DNA of 64,000 bases from Octopus sinensis (GCF_006345805.1 NC_043015.1:36456001-36520000); one strand, 5' to 3'; shown: positions 1 to 14,883, numbered from the stretch's first letter. The notes: generated by a model from the letters alone, not told the origin. Numbers and translations are program-made.

Positions 1-165
1 AAGAGAAGAAAAGAGAGAAAATAAAGGAGGAGGGAGCAAAAAGGGGGGGGGAGGGGGACTAAAAGAGAAGAGAAAAGGAAAAAGAGAAGAAGAAGAAGAA
101 AAAGAAAAAAGAGAAAAGAGAAAGAAATAGGGCAAGAAGGGAAAAAAGAAAAAGAAAAAAAAGGG
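1..165. repeat. Near-pure purine (A/G) low-complexity tract
   Basis: Almost exclusively A/G on + strand, with short GAA/GAAA runs and one G run. Confidence 0.85.
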
Positions 166-859
166 TTCTAGTTATACAGAAGAATTAGTAGACGGCAAGT
201 CTGGTTTTAATTTACAGGCATCTAGGAACTAGAGGAGAATATTATTCTTTGACCAGTAAAACAGCTAATTTATTGCTGTTGAAATCAGCTATGAATTTAA
301 AGAGAATCTAAAGAGATAACACGGTCAGGGGTTTAGGGGTCAGAGGCTAAAATCAAAAGAAAATACATTAGGAAAATCTAAGTATAATCTTATCAAAAGT
401 CATTAAAATTTATTTATTTCATTTATTCATTTTATTGTCTTAAGGAGTTGCCGTTATTATTCATACATTGACGGACTACAGGTCAAATCTTAGAAGATCA
501 TTTACAGGTGTTAGGGAATTGTCTATCATAATGAAGGTAATCATATTATCACCGAGGGAGTAGCCTTATTTATTTAATTTTGAAATAGAATTATGGGGCT
601 TTAGTAACTCATTTTATTTTATTAAAGTTATGCTACTTAAATTAGATTAAGTTAAGAATTAAAATTAAAAATTACAATTAAGATTTAAAATTAAGATTTA
701 AAATTATGAGTTTGAAATTAAATAAAGCCTCAATTAAGCAGCGTATAAGTAATATTCATTTCCCTGTTCTCAAAAAACTGATGCAGATATAAGGAAAAAG
801 ATAACTGTAGTGTGAGAACTCTTAGTTATCTACTTAAAGCAGTGCTGTACTAGTAAAAA

Positions 860-971
860 TCAAGTTATATCTATCTATCTATCTAGTTACGAATATTCTA
901 ATCATTTAATCATTTAATCATTTAAATGATTAGAATATTCGTAACTAGATAGATAGATAGATATAACTTGA
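860..971. repeat. Perfect 50-bp inverted repeat (foldback palindrome) with 12-bp spacer
   Basis: 860-909 (TCAAGTTATATCTATC...CTAATCATTTAA) is the exact reverse complement of 922-971; the centre holds three tandem ATCATTTA copies. Confidence 0.95.
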
Positions 972-985
972 ATCTTTATTGCTTT

Positions 986-1052
<67 letters not shown>

Positions 1053-1248
1053 ACAGGTTTCTTTCAGTTTCAGTTTCAGCCTGATTTTCATTAATGTACA
1101 TTAACTAGAGCATTGGATAATTTTAGCTCTTATTTCTAGCAATATAGGTGTTTCTTAACACCCTGGTCAAATTTAGTGACAATTATAATTCTTTTTCGTG
1201 AAACATTGTAACCTACTGTTGATTATAATTTTATGCATTTATATATAT

Positions 1249-2385
1249 ATATTCGTTTGTTTCACATGAAATATCGCATTTGAAAGGTAAAAATAAAATG
1301 TTCCAGAAGTGTTAGAGAACTGATTTAATTACTCAAAGTATGATCCATGTTAATTTATGACGTTTACCCAACGTTTCTCTATGTCATATATTCCATCATT
1401 AAAAAGAAAAAGAATTCATCTTTTGCTGTGATAAACTCTCTGAATGCTTCAATTACCTCTTCTCTATTTAAGAATATTTTATTGCTTATGAAAACCTCAA
1501 AATGCTTTAAAATAAGGGATGATCAGTAAGAGAGATATCACGGGGAATAGGAAGGATGTTCCAACTCATAATTCAGGATTTGCAACTTTTGGACCGTAAC
1601 TTGTGGAGTGTGAGAATGTGCATTGTCGTGAAGCAAAATTTGGCCATCTCTGTTCACAACTCTGGATTGCTTTCTTTCAAATTCTCATGCATACAATCAA
1701 TTTCCTGGCAATACGATGTTGCTGTTACCGCTTTCCCTTGTAAAAAGGAATAATGTATAACCCCCTTCGCAGACCACCATACAGTGACCACTAATTTTTT
1801 AGGGTGCAATGGTGGGTTTGAGTAATGTTTAAGTGACTCTCCTGCATCTAATCACTGTCCTGTACTCCTATTGTTGTCAAAGAGTATCCATTTCTCTCAC
1901 AAGCAATGATTTAATGCAAAAATGAACTTTTTCCAGTCGAGAAAGCAATAAGGAGCACACTTCGAGGCGTCTATATTTTTTTTATGTCGTTCAATCGATA
2001 AGGAACAAACCTATCCGTTTCCTTGACTTTTCCAATTTTTTACAGGTGTCCAAAAACAGTTGTGTAGGATGTTTGGAGATCTGATGAAAGTTTTCGAACC
2101 TTTATTCTCGAATTTTATTCAGCCAAAGCATTTAATCCATCATGCTGAATAAATTATTTTGACCTACCCCTTGGTTTATTTTCAAGGCTATCATTTCCTG
2201 AACGAGAGATTTGGAGTCATCTCTGAACAGTTCTGATGTCAACAAAACCATTACCAAAGGCCCGCTTGATATTCCGTAGAGCTTCTACGATAGTGTGACA
2301 CAGACTGCACTCAGTTTTGGACTAAGAAGTACCAGAATTTCTATGAGCGCGGAATCATGAATCAGAAAAATGTCAAAATGTAAGC
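1249..2385 (-). mobile_element. Decayed mariner (Tc1/mariner, D,D34D) element, cecropia/Hsmar1-like
   Basis: Minus-strand translation (about 2358 to stop at 1329, with stops and frameshifts) gives EALRNIKRAFGNGFVDIRTVQR..SLENKPRGR, FVPYRL (WVPHEL), IAC-EKWILFDN, ILLHDNAHSH, LEHPSYSP and GIYDIEKRWVNVI..GSYFE*. A TIR-like end lies at about 1249-1280. Confidence 0.88.
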
Positions 2386-5300
2386 ATGTATGTATGTATG
2401 TATGTATGTATGTACGTGTGTGAATATGTACCTCAATGTGTTGTATATGTATTATTTGTATGTTTTTGTAGTATTCGCCTTACCCTCAGGCTATGTTCTG
2501 TTTATTCTATTTCCTTCTTCATATGTCCATTTCCGTATTCCTTTTTCATCCATGTCTGTTCGTCTTCTTTTGTTCTGTTTTGATTACATTCTAGTAATTT
2601 TCCTTAGTGGTTGCCTCCAGCGTGGATATCGATAACGGTACGAAATTGCGCTCGAAACATCCTCGGCCGATAACTGATGAGTTGACCTTCTTTGCTTCTC
2701 CTCCGTTCGTCTCTGCATTCGATGCAATTCCTATTTGTCTTTCCGTCCGTTTGTTTATTATTATACGTGTTTGACTGCTGCAAAAATATATACATGTATG
2801 TATGTATGAATGAGGAAACTTTTTATACAACCATAAAAAGAACTGGGAAATCAACCAAGCTGCGTCAGGGAAGTGGTTAAATTTTGGAAACATCGCATTA
2901 TAAGGACCTCACCTGTTTATGCAGCAACAATTGCGGTGTCATAATGCTCATCTGATCATTTGCGCGTATACATTTGCACGCGCAGACAAACCCTCACACA
3001 CATTAATTCCCTTTAAATAAATTACATAAATGCCAACTGGGGAAGAATGCCTTCACTGAAACCAGCGATGTTTGTTGATGTCTATTTTTCTCTATTTCTT
3101 GTATATCTATATTATTTACTAATAAAATCTCAAGACTTTTGAGAACAGTGCTCGTATGGTACTAACGCTTATCATTTGTCACTCTAACATTTTTGCCATG
3201 GAAACGCGTTTGTGCGCTCATGTCTCTTTTCTCTCTTTGCAGCACAAGTAAAGATTCCAACTTGTTTCAAGCACAAAGAGACGAACAACTTAATGTTGCT
3301 TCTACGCAATATCAGAATTATTTGCCATAAAATAAAACCCTTCTTTACTTTCCTACCATTTAAAGGAGCAATTAAATCGACGAACAATATGCAATCCTTG
3401 ATAAATCATGTGGCTACATTCTCCTTTAAATTCTCCGTTAATTTTTGTTTACTATTATTATACGTATGTTTTTTTTAATCTCTTTCCCGCAGACCAACTC
3501 TGATCGATCCGTTCTATGATTAAAACTATCACACGTGTAACCAAATTATTTCTTTCTCAGGCATAAATTCTCTGACATAAATTCTCCAAAATGTCCTTTT
3601 TTTCAGAGTACAGTGTGATGTTTTGAGAAATATTTGGGAGCTATTATAGCAAGCAGGTTAAGCAATCATGTGTGATCTTCTTTTTAAGCTTAATGTTCGG
3701 GTGTTTCTTTTTGTTGCTTTTGTTGCTGATGTTGTTGCTGTCGTGCTTTCCTTGTTTTGCTCAAAATCAGCTTTGATCGTGCAGATTTGGATCAATGACA
3801 TTCTTGTGCGTGGAAGTCTTTCAAGAAATTAATGGTGGTAATTATTATTATAAATTCATGCTTCACCAGTTCTATGACAGAGAAATGATTAAACACAGCC
3901 TTCCTGAAATATTTTTTTAAAATATATAGAAATGGAAAAGAAATGAAGGCTAGTTGGTTGAAAAAAAATTATGATCAAATATATTTTTGTACAACATTTT
4001 TTAGACACTGCAATATGGAACCTGACCGTAGTTTTGAAAACAATTACACATAATTGAACTAGTTTTTTTAGAATGGAGAGAGTCATGTATAGATTCATTG
4101 TTTAGATTGTTTTATGCCTTTGTCTTGGGATTGAAATTTTCAGTAATTTCTTCCTTGGAATCCTATATATAATAATCAAAGAAAAAAAATTATTGTGTTA
4201 ATTTCTTGTGTGTGTGTGTGTGTATATATCTAATTTGGATAAACAAGTTTTACACTGCAAGTAACTTCATCTAAATTTCATCATTTACATGGCTTCTGAA
4301 AACATTTTATTAATTCTGAAGTATATTTTATGTGTTTGGTGCCTATGCGTCTAAATGTACTGACTGATTGAAGCCACTGTTCATCAGCGCTAATTCATTT
4401 AGTTTTCTATTATTTCGTTGTGTGTGTGTGTGTCTGTGTGTGTGTGTGTGCGTGTATGTGTGTGTGTGTATGTGTGTGTGTGTGTGTATACTCAGAACAA
4501 CGTATTCTATTACAAAATTAATTTAATTTCAAAAATTTGAAGGGTAATTGTAGTAATATAAAGAAATTATTTCTACATTATCTGCTTTCACAAACGTCCC
4601 TCTTCAACTTCCTGATTGAAACGAAATCATTTCTACCAGTCGCCGCCCTCTGCATCTTTCGTCTTCGACGCGTGAACTCAGAGATCTTGAAACTTACGTT
4701 TAATATCAAAGCAATACGAAAGCTGTGGTTTCTCATTTCCCCTATAAATGTGCAAGAATTCTTGGGATCGGAAAGTGACTTGGTATAATCGGTAAAGCAT
4801 CACAGAAAACAACTTGTGATCGTAGATAAAAGCTATTTCGGCTGACAGTTCAATTTCTGCTCAGAGTAGTTAAGCTCTAGCGGCTTAATAGTTTCTTTCA
4901 GTTCAATATAGAAGCGAAGAAACTTGTGACACGTAAGAATTTTCGAACACATTCATAGATCATCGAAGGACAGTATATGAAACCTACGCCAAAAGGCTGT
5001 TTAATGCTTATTAATTTTGCTTATTAGGTTCTCCTCGCCACCCTCACGAACTCAATCTTCTGGCCAATGATATGCTTTAGAGGAGTCTAATGTATAACTG
5101 ATTGGGATCGGCTAAACAGTCTGATGGCAACTTCCTTCCTTTTTCGTTTTTTACTCCTGTGAGTATCGAGTATTCGTAGAAAGATCAAGTTTCCTTTATA
5201 TTTCCAATATGTTTCATTAAACAAAATGGCCATAGTTTCTTTCTTACTTACACCAGTTGAGAGAAATATCAAGTATGACGATCTAACGTAACCTCAGTTG

Positions 5301-5689
5301 AGCGGCTAGACCTTACCATATATTACCAACATATTGGCAATCCTAGTATTCCGCTCGATAGAAAGAGACATGCTCTGCCCATACTTGGGTCTGAATGGTT
5401 GCAATGCATTTATTTTGTTAAATTCTTTAACTTGATTGATTTTGCCTGGAACTAGAGGAAATTATTGACGACAGTCTCACACGAGTTTTTGTGTCTTCTG
5501 AATTCACTATAATTTATTGAAGTCTGTAGGACGGGTTATATGTGACATTTACCCTTATATCATTGACTCGACTGATTGCATTGAGGCCAAACTGCAGCAC
5601 CATTTCCAATATATTACCCAGTTTCATATTTCCAACATGTCTTTGTTGTTTAATTTACCAATCTCAAGAGCTGTGTATGTAGTTTTTTT

Positions 5690-6130
5690 TTTAAATTTGG
5701 GGGTCAAACCAGAAATTTTAAGGTTAGGGAGTGAGTCGATTACCTCGTCCCCAGAACTAAAGTTAGAGCTGACCTCGGCAGGATCTACCACAACATAAAG
5801 AGTCGACAGATATGTTTCGAAGCATTTTGACCAAATATGGCAACGGTTCTGCAGTTGACCGCCTTAGTGTTAACAACAACAACAACGACGACGACTATGA
5901 TGTTGATGATGATGATGATGACGACGACGACGACGCTAAGGATATTAAATCTGTCTACTCTAGGCAGAAGTAGTGTAATTCGAGTGACAGGGGAAAGGCG
6001 GTTACATACATCCCAGTGTTGGTGCCTAGTTTATGGCCACCCAAAAAGATGAAGGGCAAAGGTGGTCTCTAGAAAACATGAATTTAATATATAGAGCTTT
6101 TGCCCGGTGTGCTAACGGTTCTGCTTCTCC
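5690..6130 (-). mobile_element. Two degraded copies of SINE family A separated by trinucleotide repeats
   Basis: Reverse-complement similarity to 26819-27040 (e.g. gtcgattac..cccag, gcattttg.cc..tg.taacggttctgc). Confidence 0.55.
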
Positions 6131-6173
6131 CAACAAACTTCGTGGTGGTGGTGGTGGTAGTAGTAGTAGTAGT

Positions 6174-6212
<39 letters not shown>

Positions 6213-6249
6213 AAAATTAATAATGATAATTAGCCATACCAGTCTTACA

Positions 6250-6640
6250 TTTTAGCTTCAACTGGAAGATCAGACGAAAGAGAAAACTGTTGACAGCATG
6301 CCGAACTCATCACACCTAAACAAACACAGACACAATATATGTACCCTGCTCAGAATGGTACACATAGACAGAGAGAGAGAGAGAGAGAGAGAGGGGGGAA
6401 ATACTATAAGATTATAACCGCTGGACTAGAAAAATATTTATAAACAGAAAGTAGGAAATAACTGCATGAAATAAATTGAGACAAGAAAGTAAGTATGCTT
6501 TTGTCTATACGCAAGAAACAAACTACTCTGATGCACTGACCTCAGAAAACAACATCCTGGAAATGGGGAAAGAGACAAAATCAACAGGAAAAGAGAACAA
6601 CAAAACATACTGAAGAAGAAACGCTATTCAACCAGATAGG
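6250..6640 (+). mobile_element. Possible degraded RLE-LINE reverse-transcriptase C-terminal fragment
   Basis: RKLLTACRTHH-like peptide resembling the RK..T...HHPK motif of R4/Dong RTs; interrupted by (GA)n and lies just upstream of the 6789 fragment. Confidence 0.3.
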
Positions 6641-6788
6641 AAGTTAGTAACGATACATAACAATGATAAACAAGGGAAATTGAAGTCGCTTACTTGTCGA
6701 TCCTTCATGTCCGTTTGACAACAGTAGAGAAAAGAAAGAGGGTGAAAATTATTTTTAAATTCCCCTAAAAGTTGCAAGAATTTCGTGT

Positions 6789-7165
<377 letters not shown>

Positions 7166-7565
7166 TCATCGTCATCATCATCATCATCATCATCATTATT
7201 ATTATAAGCGTGTTGTCTATATTTCCTCATGTTCAATCAAATCTGTTACCATGCAACTGAACATATTTACAACTTCGAACACGAAATTAGAGATTTTCTA
7301 AAATATAAAAATATAAAAGCAGAAAGAACTATGAAGAGGAAAAGAACCAAAGTCAGTTCATTTCAATCATAGCAAATATATAAATGAGAATTCACAAGGG
7401 AAAGAAAGAGGGAGAGGAGAGAGAGAGAGAGAGAGAGAGATAAAGAGAGTGAGAGAGAGAGAGACAGAAACACAGAAACAAGGATACAGAGAGGAAGAGA
7501 TAGAGAGAAAACAAGAGTATGAAACAGAGACAGGAAGTACGAAGCTCGAGAGAGAGAGAGAGAAT

Positions 7566-7664
<99 letters not shown>

Positions 7665-10600
7665 TATTTTTATATGTATTCACGTACGAGTACGTGTGTG
7701 TGGTGCGTTGCGCATGAAGAGAGAATATGGCAAGGAGACTATAATCAAGAGATATGAAGTTTAATATAGTCATTTGTGTGTGTATATGTATGTGTGTGCG
7801 TGTGTGCCTATGAATGTACATACATATAAATCATACAGACGAGGAGAGACAGAGACAGAGAGATAAAAAGAGAAAGAGAATGAATGAATTAATGGGAAGA
7901 GATATGGAGAGAAATGACATAGAATCCAAGAAAGGAATGTAAAATAGAAAAGAAGGTAAAAGTATCGAATAATGTTGGAAATATCGAATTTGGAATGGAA
8001 TCTCATTAGAATTTATGAAAATGCAATGCAATCTTGATGACCTTTCAAGTTACATTAAACTTCGAATCCTGTTCGATTATGGTCTAACGAAGAAATATAT
8101 TCCAAAGTTTTATATCAATACCATACAAAGCGCTATCAGGTTCAACGGACGCATAATATCTTTAGTAATTGCTATGCATTTATGCATATATTTGTCAGCT
8201 ACTTACACGCATCTACACAACAATTGGCGAGACTCTCAGCTTACTGAGTTAATAGCTTTCCCATCGATCAGCGAGTTGAGTTGATGTGTCGTTGTTCCGT
8301 GTTCGTTCACTCTTGGCTGCACCGGTTGATGTGTTTTCTTTCAAGTTTATTCAGTTTCTCTGCTTTTTTTTTATATTTCTTTATAATAAAGATATTTGCA
8401 TAAATTGGTTTTAGTCCATCTTGGAGTAAATAGTTTCTATTTAATTGAGTTTTTTTTTTTTTAGTTACTCTTATATTTTTGTTGTCATTGAATGTTTTCG
8501 TATAAAAATGTTGATGCACAACAAAATGAGCGTATATAATATTGATGACAGTCGTGATCAATTATGTAAATTTGTTTAAATTTTAATACCTTCCTTCATC
8601 GGAATGACGACCTAGAGTAGTCATTAGCAATTTGTAGCCCGCGGGACTTACTGAATGGCACGCCTAATTTCACAAGAAAATCATGTTTATTAAGTTTTGT
8701 TTAGTCTTGGAGCACATCTGCCTACGAGCAATGCCTCGTGCAGCCCACTTCTCGAAAATAGATTGCTTATGAGTGACCTAGAGCATATAAAGGGTAACTT
8801 GATTTGCTAGAAATAGTACAGAAATTCACCTATTTTACATGCTACCATTATTACAGACAGGTGGGATTGCTTCGCTATGTGTCAGTATTTCTGTTACCTG
8901 TGAATCTGTGCAGGAATACTGCGTCGGTTGGCGCTGTTCCGGCTTTTAAAAAGTTTCCTGTGATTCTAATATACTTTGCTGCTGCTGTTGGAAGAATCCA
9001 ATCTTTCAGTCACCACAAAGACAATATTATTGAGGTATGGCCACAGACCTCTGTCCTGTAGGTCATTCTCTAATCTGGTTTGACAGCAGCTAAGATAGCA
9101 GGTCCCGAACTCAATAGATTTCAACTATTTTACAAATGTGTTAATATAAGCGTGATGAGCAACCCCATTTCCTGAAATAGGAATTTGTTACTTGTGACTT
9201 CCGGGTAGACTCATATTCATCTCAGGTCACAGGATGAAGCTATTTGACATAGGGTTTAGGGTACCGGTTTATTAATGATCGTGAGATTATGCTTTCGATT
9301 CCTGGAACAAAAGTTGTGTTCTTCAACAAAACATTTTATTATCTGTGGCTCTACTTCACTCAAGAGTAAAAGAGTTCCCGCAATGACGAAGAATTAAACC
9401 CAGCCATGGACGGGTGTCCAGTTAAGGAAGAAGCGGGTGCTGAAATATCATTGATTTGGGCGCCTTCGAACCGAGTTAAGCTTCGGTCTTATAGCCTTAG
9501 GACCCACACGGGAGCAAGAAAAAGGGGGAATTTAAAGTATAAATACTCTGTTGCATGATTCTGCAGTTGCTCTTCTACTGATTCTTGTCTTATCATTCTA
9601 TACTCAATGGTGGAGGCCATGTAATGTTGGCCGATATCAACTACTGGGCTGCCTCATTGTGTTAAGTTCTGAGAATCTTTTCCTTTGCCTTAATGCAGAT
9701 TTAGATTATTCACTGTTTTTAGAGATTCCAATGTAAATTCCAGTCCCTCCGTCATTTTGGCACCATGCTCTAGATACACGGTTCACAATATCTGGTCGAA
9801 TATTCCTGAGCATATTCCCACAGACCATGTTTGGAGTTTAGGTTTTACTGTAGTTCCTCGAATGTGACTCTTAAAAAATCCAACACCGGTCGTCAAGCGA
9901 TTTCAAGGAAGAAACACAAATAAAATGACACCCCCCACACGCACACTCTCACGTATTTCTCTCTGCTACGTTCCCTCATAAAGCATCGTTGGTCATCTTG
10001 ATGTGCTATAGAAAAAAGATACTTTCACTAAGTGTTGAAAAGCAGTAGGATTTGAACCCGAAACGAAAATGAGCATCTTAACTCAATCCTGCGCCTGTAA
10101 CATGACACACATGAAGTTAGAGATGACAGACTATGACGAATACCAATATGTACACGCACGCACACACACACACACATACACACACACACACACACTCACA
10201 TACACACACACACATATGTATATTCGCATATTTACAGTACACGAGACGCTCTGCAAAATTTTGCGTGAATCTATCAACACAAAACTTATGATACCGTTGT
10301 TATTGGAACCTTTGCAGTAGAATATGAAGAAATAGATTTCCAGCATGCATGAATAGATTGAAGAATCTGGTATGAAAGGAAAAGATAGGAAAAAAAGAGA
10401 AGGAAATAATAATTATATTTGAAATAAATAGGATAGGTTGAGAGCAATGTCAACAATAATGAACAAGAAGTCTTCGTACGAGGTGAAGTATTTATTCAGA
10501 AAACGCTGACATTTTATGCTCAGAGGGAAACATCTGCAGCGACATGCTCCATCATGATTCTCTATGCATTTGCCTCTCTCTTCGCTCTCTCTCCTTCTCT

Positions 10601-10970
10601 CCGTCTCTTACAATCCTTCTATTTCTCTCTCACTCCCTCTCTTCCCCTTTTTCTCTCTCATTTTCTCTCTTTATATATATATATATAAAGATATATATAT
10701 CTGTACATATTTATATCTGCTTCTCTCGTTCTCCCTTTCACTCTCACTGGCTGTCATGTTATTTTTCTATACACATCTGTGTTCTCTTTCTATCTTCTTG
10801 TACTGCCTCTCGTTCGTATATTTTCGGTAAATACACACAGACGTTAGTCATACACAAAAGCATACATGAGATATGTCAATTAAATACATACATTTATGCG
10901 CGTGTGTGCGTGCGCCTGCACGCGTGTAGAGATCAAGCATATATTTGTGTGTATATATACATATGTTTAT

Positions 10971-11026
<56 letters not shown>

Positions 11027-11144
11027 ATATATACATACATATATATGTATGCACACACACGCACATATATATACAAGAATATACTAATATATTATAGCAA
11101 GATATACGTATAGATGCATATAAAAATACGTATATATACATAAA

Positions 11145-11242
<98 letters not shown>

Positions 11243-12194
11243 TATGTACGTATATACATACAGTTATACATTCCCACACCACAACTACACACACCACACC
11301 ACACGTGCATACCCAGGGGTAGGGAAGAGAAACGTAAACGATAAAAATTGAGATTGAGAGTGGGAGAGGAGTAGTAAGAGAGAGTGAGCGAGAAAGATAG
11401 AAAGAGAGTCAGAGACAGACAGAGAGTCAGAGAGATTGTTTGTGACAGACAGATTCACATGCACACACACTTTTGCGCATATTTCCACCCACACACGCAC
11501 ACGCACACACACACACACACTCACAAATACGCTCATGGAAATATACGTACACACACACATATATTCCTATATTCTCATATAAAGAAATAGGTACTGCAAG
11601 GAGAAGAGAAAAAAGAAAAAAATTTGAATAAGAGGGTGAAAAAAAATTGAGACTTTTATATAATGTCGGTATAGAAGGTAAAAATGGCGGCGGGTAGAGA
11701 CCCAGGAAGAAGAAAAGTGCGGCGGCGGTGATAAGATATAATAAGATAAAGCAAGATTTAAAGAAATTGATGAAATGAAATACAATAAGACAACAAAAAA
11801 TATCAAAGAGAATTAAATAAAAATGATTTTCTGTGGATTAAAAGGCAAAAAAGACGTATCCAATGGTATTTTGTAATATATTTTTTGTCCTTTCTTCTTG
11901 CTTATTTTTCCCTCCGATTTTTACCATTTATAATAATTTTTGCATTACTTCTGTAATATATATTTTCATCTTTTTTTTCTTCCTCTTTTTGATAGTCTTT
12001 TATATTCTGTATGCCACTAAACTCCCTGGCTGTGTATGAACATATGTATATATATTCATACATACGTACATACACACACATTCACTCACATATATATACA
12101 CATACATATATATACATACATATATGTACACATACATATACAATATATATATGTATACACACATGCTTATAAATGTATATATACACACGCAGGG

Positions 12195-12250
<56 letters not shown>

Positions 12251-13029
12251 GCACACACACAAAGTAACATATACGTAAAACGTTTTTATTACTTCCGCTT
12301 TACACATACACATATCTATACACATGCATATGTGCGGCGTGGTGCTGTGTGTGTATGTGTGTGTATATATATATTTATGTATGTGTGTGTGTGCGTCAGT
12401 TTATGCATTACCTGTCTGTATTTGCCGTTGATCTCACTGTAGATTTCTCTTCTTTGAATTCATATTCCTCTACATTTTTTATTCCCCTTTTTTCCTCCAC
12501 ATCGAATAACTTGACGTTTTTATAATGTCACATCATATCACACAAGAACACACACACATAAACACACACATACACATGCGTGTGTATATGAACCATATGT
12601 TTCTGCAAGCATAGAGGCATGCTTACATGCATACATACATAAGAGATATGTATATATATATATACACACATATACACATATATGTGTGTATATATATATA
12701 TTTATATGATATCTTCAAATTCTATTTATATATTCGATTCTTTCTGTAAATCTTCCATTTATATTCCTGCTATTGCTGCCGTTGTATGGTATTTTCTTGA
12801 AAATATCTTTGCAACAAATCCGTGATGCCACATTCCAGAAGGAATCTGTGGTTCTTCCATTTTGTTCAACGTAAAGCAAAATAGGGTTCTAAATATAAGG
12901 ATGAAAATGAGGATGATGATGATGACGACGACATTCGACTTCGTTTTAATGTTCTGGTAAATTTGTAATATTTAAGTTTTGATTATTTTAAGAATATCTG
13001 ATTTCTATTTGACAATATTTTTCCAATGA

Positions 13030-13765
13030 AGGAGGCTGTACGCATGAGAACAACCATTTGCAGTTCTGAAACTCTGGAGGTTTCCTGGCATTTGGTCACC
13101 GTGCTGAAGTATGCTAAACTCCGATGATCGCCGGAACATTTGTTATTCATTGACGCCACATTAATGAACGCTCTGTTTCAACGTCCGTCTATTTAGATAA
13201 CTTTTCATAAGTTTTTCTAAAAAGAAGCCACAATCTGCTATGTTTGAGATAACAATGAACAGACATGGTTTGTCGAATTGAAATTGTTAAGATATCTTCT
13301 CTATTGTCCTATCTGGAATGATCCGTTTGAATAATATACGCCCAAAGAACTTTAATACCCTTGTTTAATTTAGTAGTGTTGTATTCAGAGCAGATCTTTT
13401 TAAATGGAAGTTCAGCTTTAGGTACGTGCAAATACCGGCCAATACTTCAATGGCAATTAATATAGACATCTAAGGCTACGAAATAGAGGTTGTCAATTTC
13501 TTCTCGGGCTGCACCAAATAAGTACCAGACAGGATTAGCACTATCTTAAAGAGTGGTTGTTTAGTAGTAGAAGGTCAGACGACATTATTTTTGAGCAGCG
13601 GCAATGGCGCCCTTTGTTTCTAATGTAAGCAAAGATATTGCTAACCATTGATGGGTTACATGTCGATCTACATCAGGATCGCTGGTCCTTATAGGCTATT
13701 ATTCATGCCATGCCTCACTTTTTCATCTATTTCACCGTTCTCAGATTCCATTTGATTTGGCTTTT
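13030..13765 (-). mobile_element. Degraded R4/Dong-like RLE LINE fragment
   Basis: Minus strand gives DVDRHVTHQWLAISLLTLETKGAIAAAQK, ..PDRTIE..KPCLFIVISNIAD and PGN...SELQMVVLMRTA. Confidence 0.65.
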
Positions 13766-13770
13766 CTGTT

Positions 13771-13977
13771 TCAACACATGGCTATGATGCCCCCCCCCCA
13801 CTACTTCTGCTCGTGATCAGAGATGCACATATCGTCAGCCACGAAGGGACATGGTCAACTGGTTAAGGTCAAACAACTGTCAAGCAAATCTGTGGTATTG
13901 AGCAGAATATTTGCTGTAGCCCATCTTTTATATCAAGACAAAACAATGTACATGATAACGCTTCTAATCAGTTAAGA
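13771..13977 (-). mobile_element. Partial copy of the 554-bp element at 49316-49869
   Basis: High-identity reverse complement of about 49357-49560. Confidence 0.9.
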
Positions 13978-14145
13978 GTCGAATACCTTGACCCAAGTGC
14001 ATAACTGGTACTCATTTCATCAAACACGAAATCATGAAAGACAAAGTCGACTTCGGTGGTGTGAGAACTCAAAATGTATGGACGAACGAAATGCTGCAAA
14101 GCATTTTGCCTTGCGATACTAAGAATTCGGCCAACTCGCCGTCTT
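13978..14145 (-). mobile_element. SINE family A, partial
   Basis: Reverse complement of the ggcgag.tggc.gaat..ttag head and the gtcgactttg.ctttcat domain. Confidence 0.7.
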
Positions 14146-14146
14146 G

Positions 14147-14241
14147 GTAGTAGTAGTAGCAGCAACAGCAGCAGCAGTAGTATTATTATTATTATTAGTA
14201 GTAGTAGTAGTAGTAGTAGTAGTAGCTGCAGCAGCAGTAGC

Positions 14242-14321
<80 letters not shown>

Positions 14322-14329
14322 TAGTAGTT

Positions 14330-14367
<38 letters not shown>

Positions 14368-14368
14368 T

Positions 14369-14418
<50 letters not shown>
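14147..14418. repeat. Compound (TAG)n/(CAG)n microsatellite
   Basis: Direct reading of sequence. Confidence 0.95.
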
Positions 14419-14419
<1 letters not shown>

Positions 14420-14883
14420 ATAAAGCTAAGCAGCAGGATGGAAAAGTAACGATACTCTGGGACTATGGTTTTCAGACGGAGCCTGTAATCGAACACTGTC
14501 CGCCGGATATTGTCATGTGGAATAAGAGAGACAGATACTGTCAGATCACTGATGTAGCCATACCAAATGACATGAATGTTGTGAATAAAGAGGTTGAAAA
14601 AAAACACCAAGTATTTCGAATTGAAAGTGGGAATGGTAAGATTGTATGGAATGTGAGAGGGTAATGTAAAAGTGGTGATCAGAGCGTTGGGCTCAATCCC
14701 ATTAAAACTTCAAGACTTCTTAAGGATGTCTTGCAAAAAGCAGCCTTAGTGGGCACAGCACACATCTTAAGAAAACTATTATCTGTCTAAAATTATGGTT
14801 GTTACTTGACAAAGAGTACAAAACCCCGGTTGACTCAATATCTTCAACCAACAACCTCATGATATTGGATAATCTGCGACAGC

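Noticed and set aside
170-760. AT-rich stretch that superficially resembles mitochondrial DNA (NUMT)
   Set aside because: I could not find a recognisable mitochondrial protein, rRNA or tRNA motif.
4560-5650. Possible L1/Tx1-like 3' remnant on the minus strand
   Set aside because: Only vague zinc-knuckle and tryptophan-motif similarity; too degraded to call without a search.
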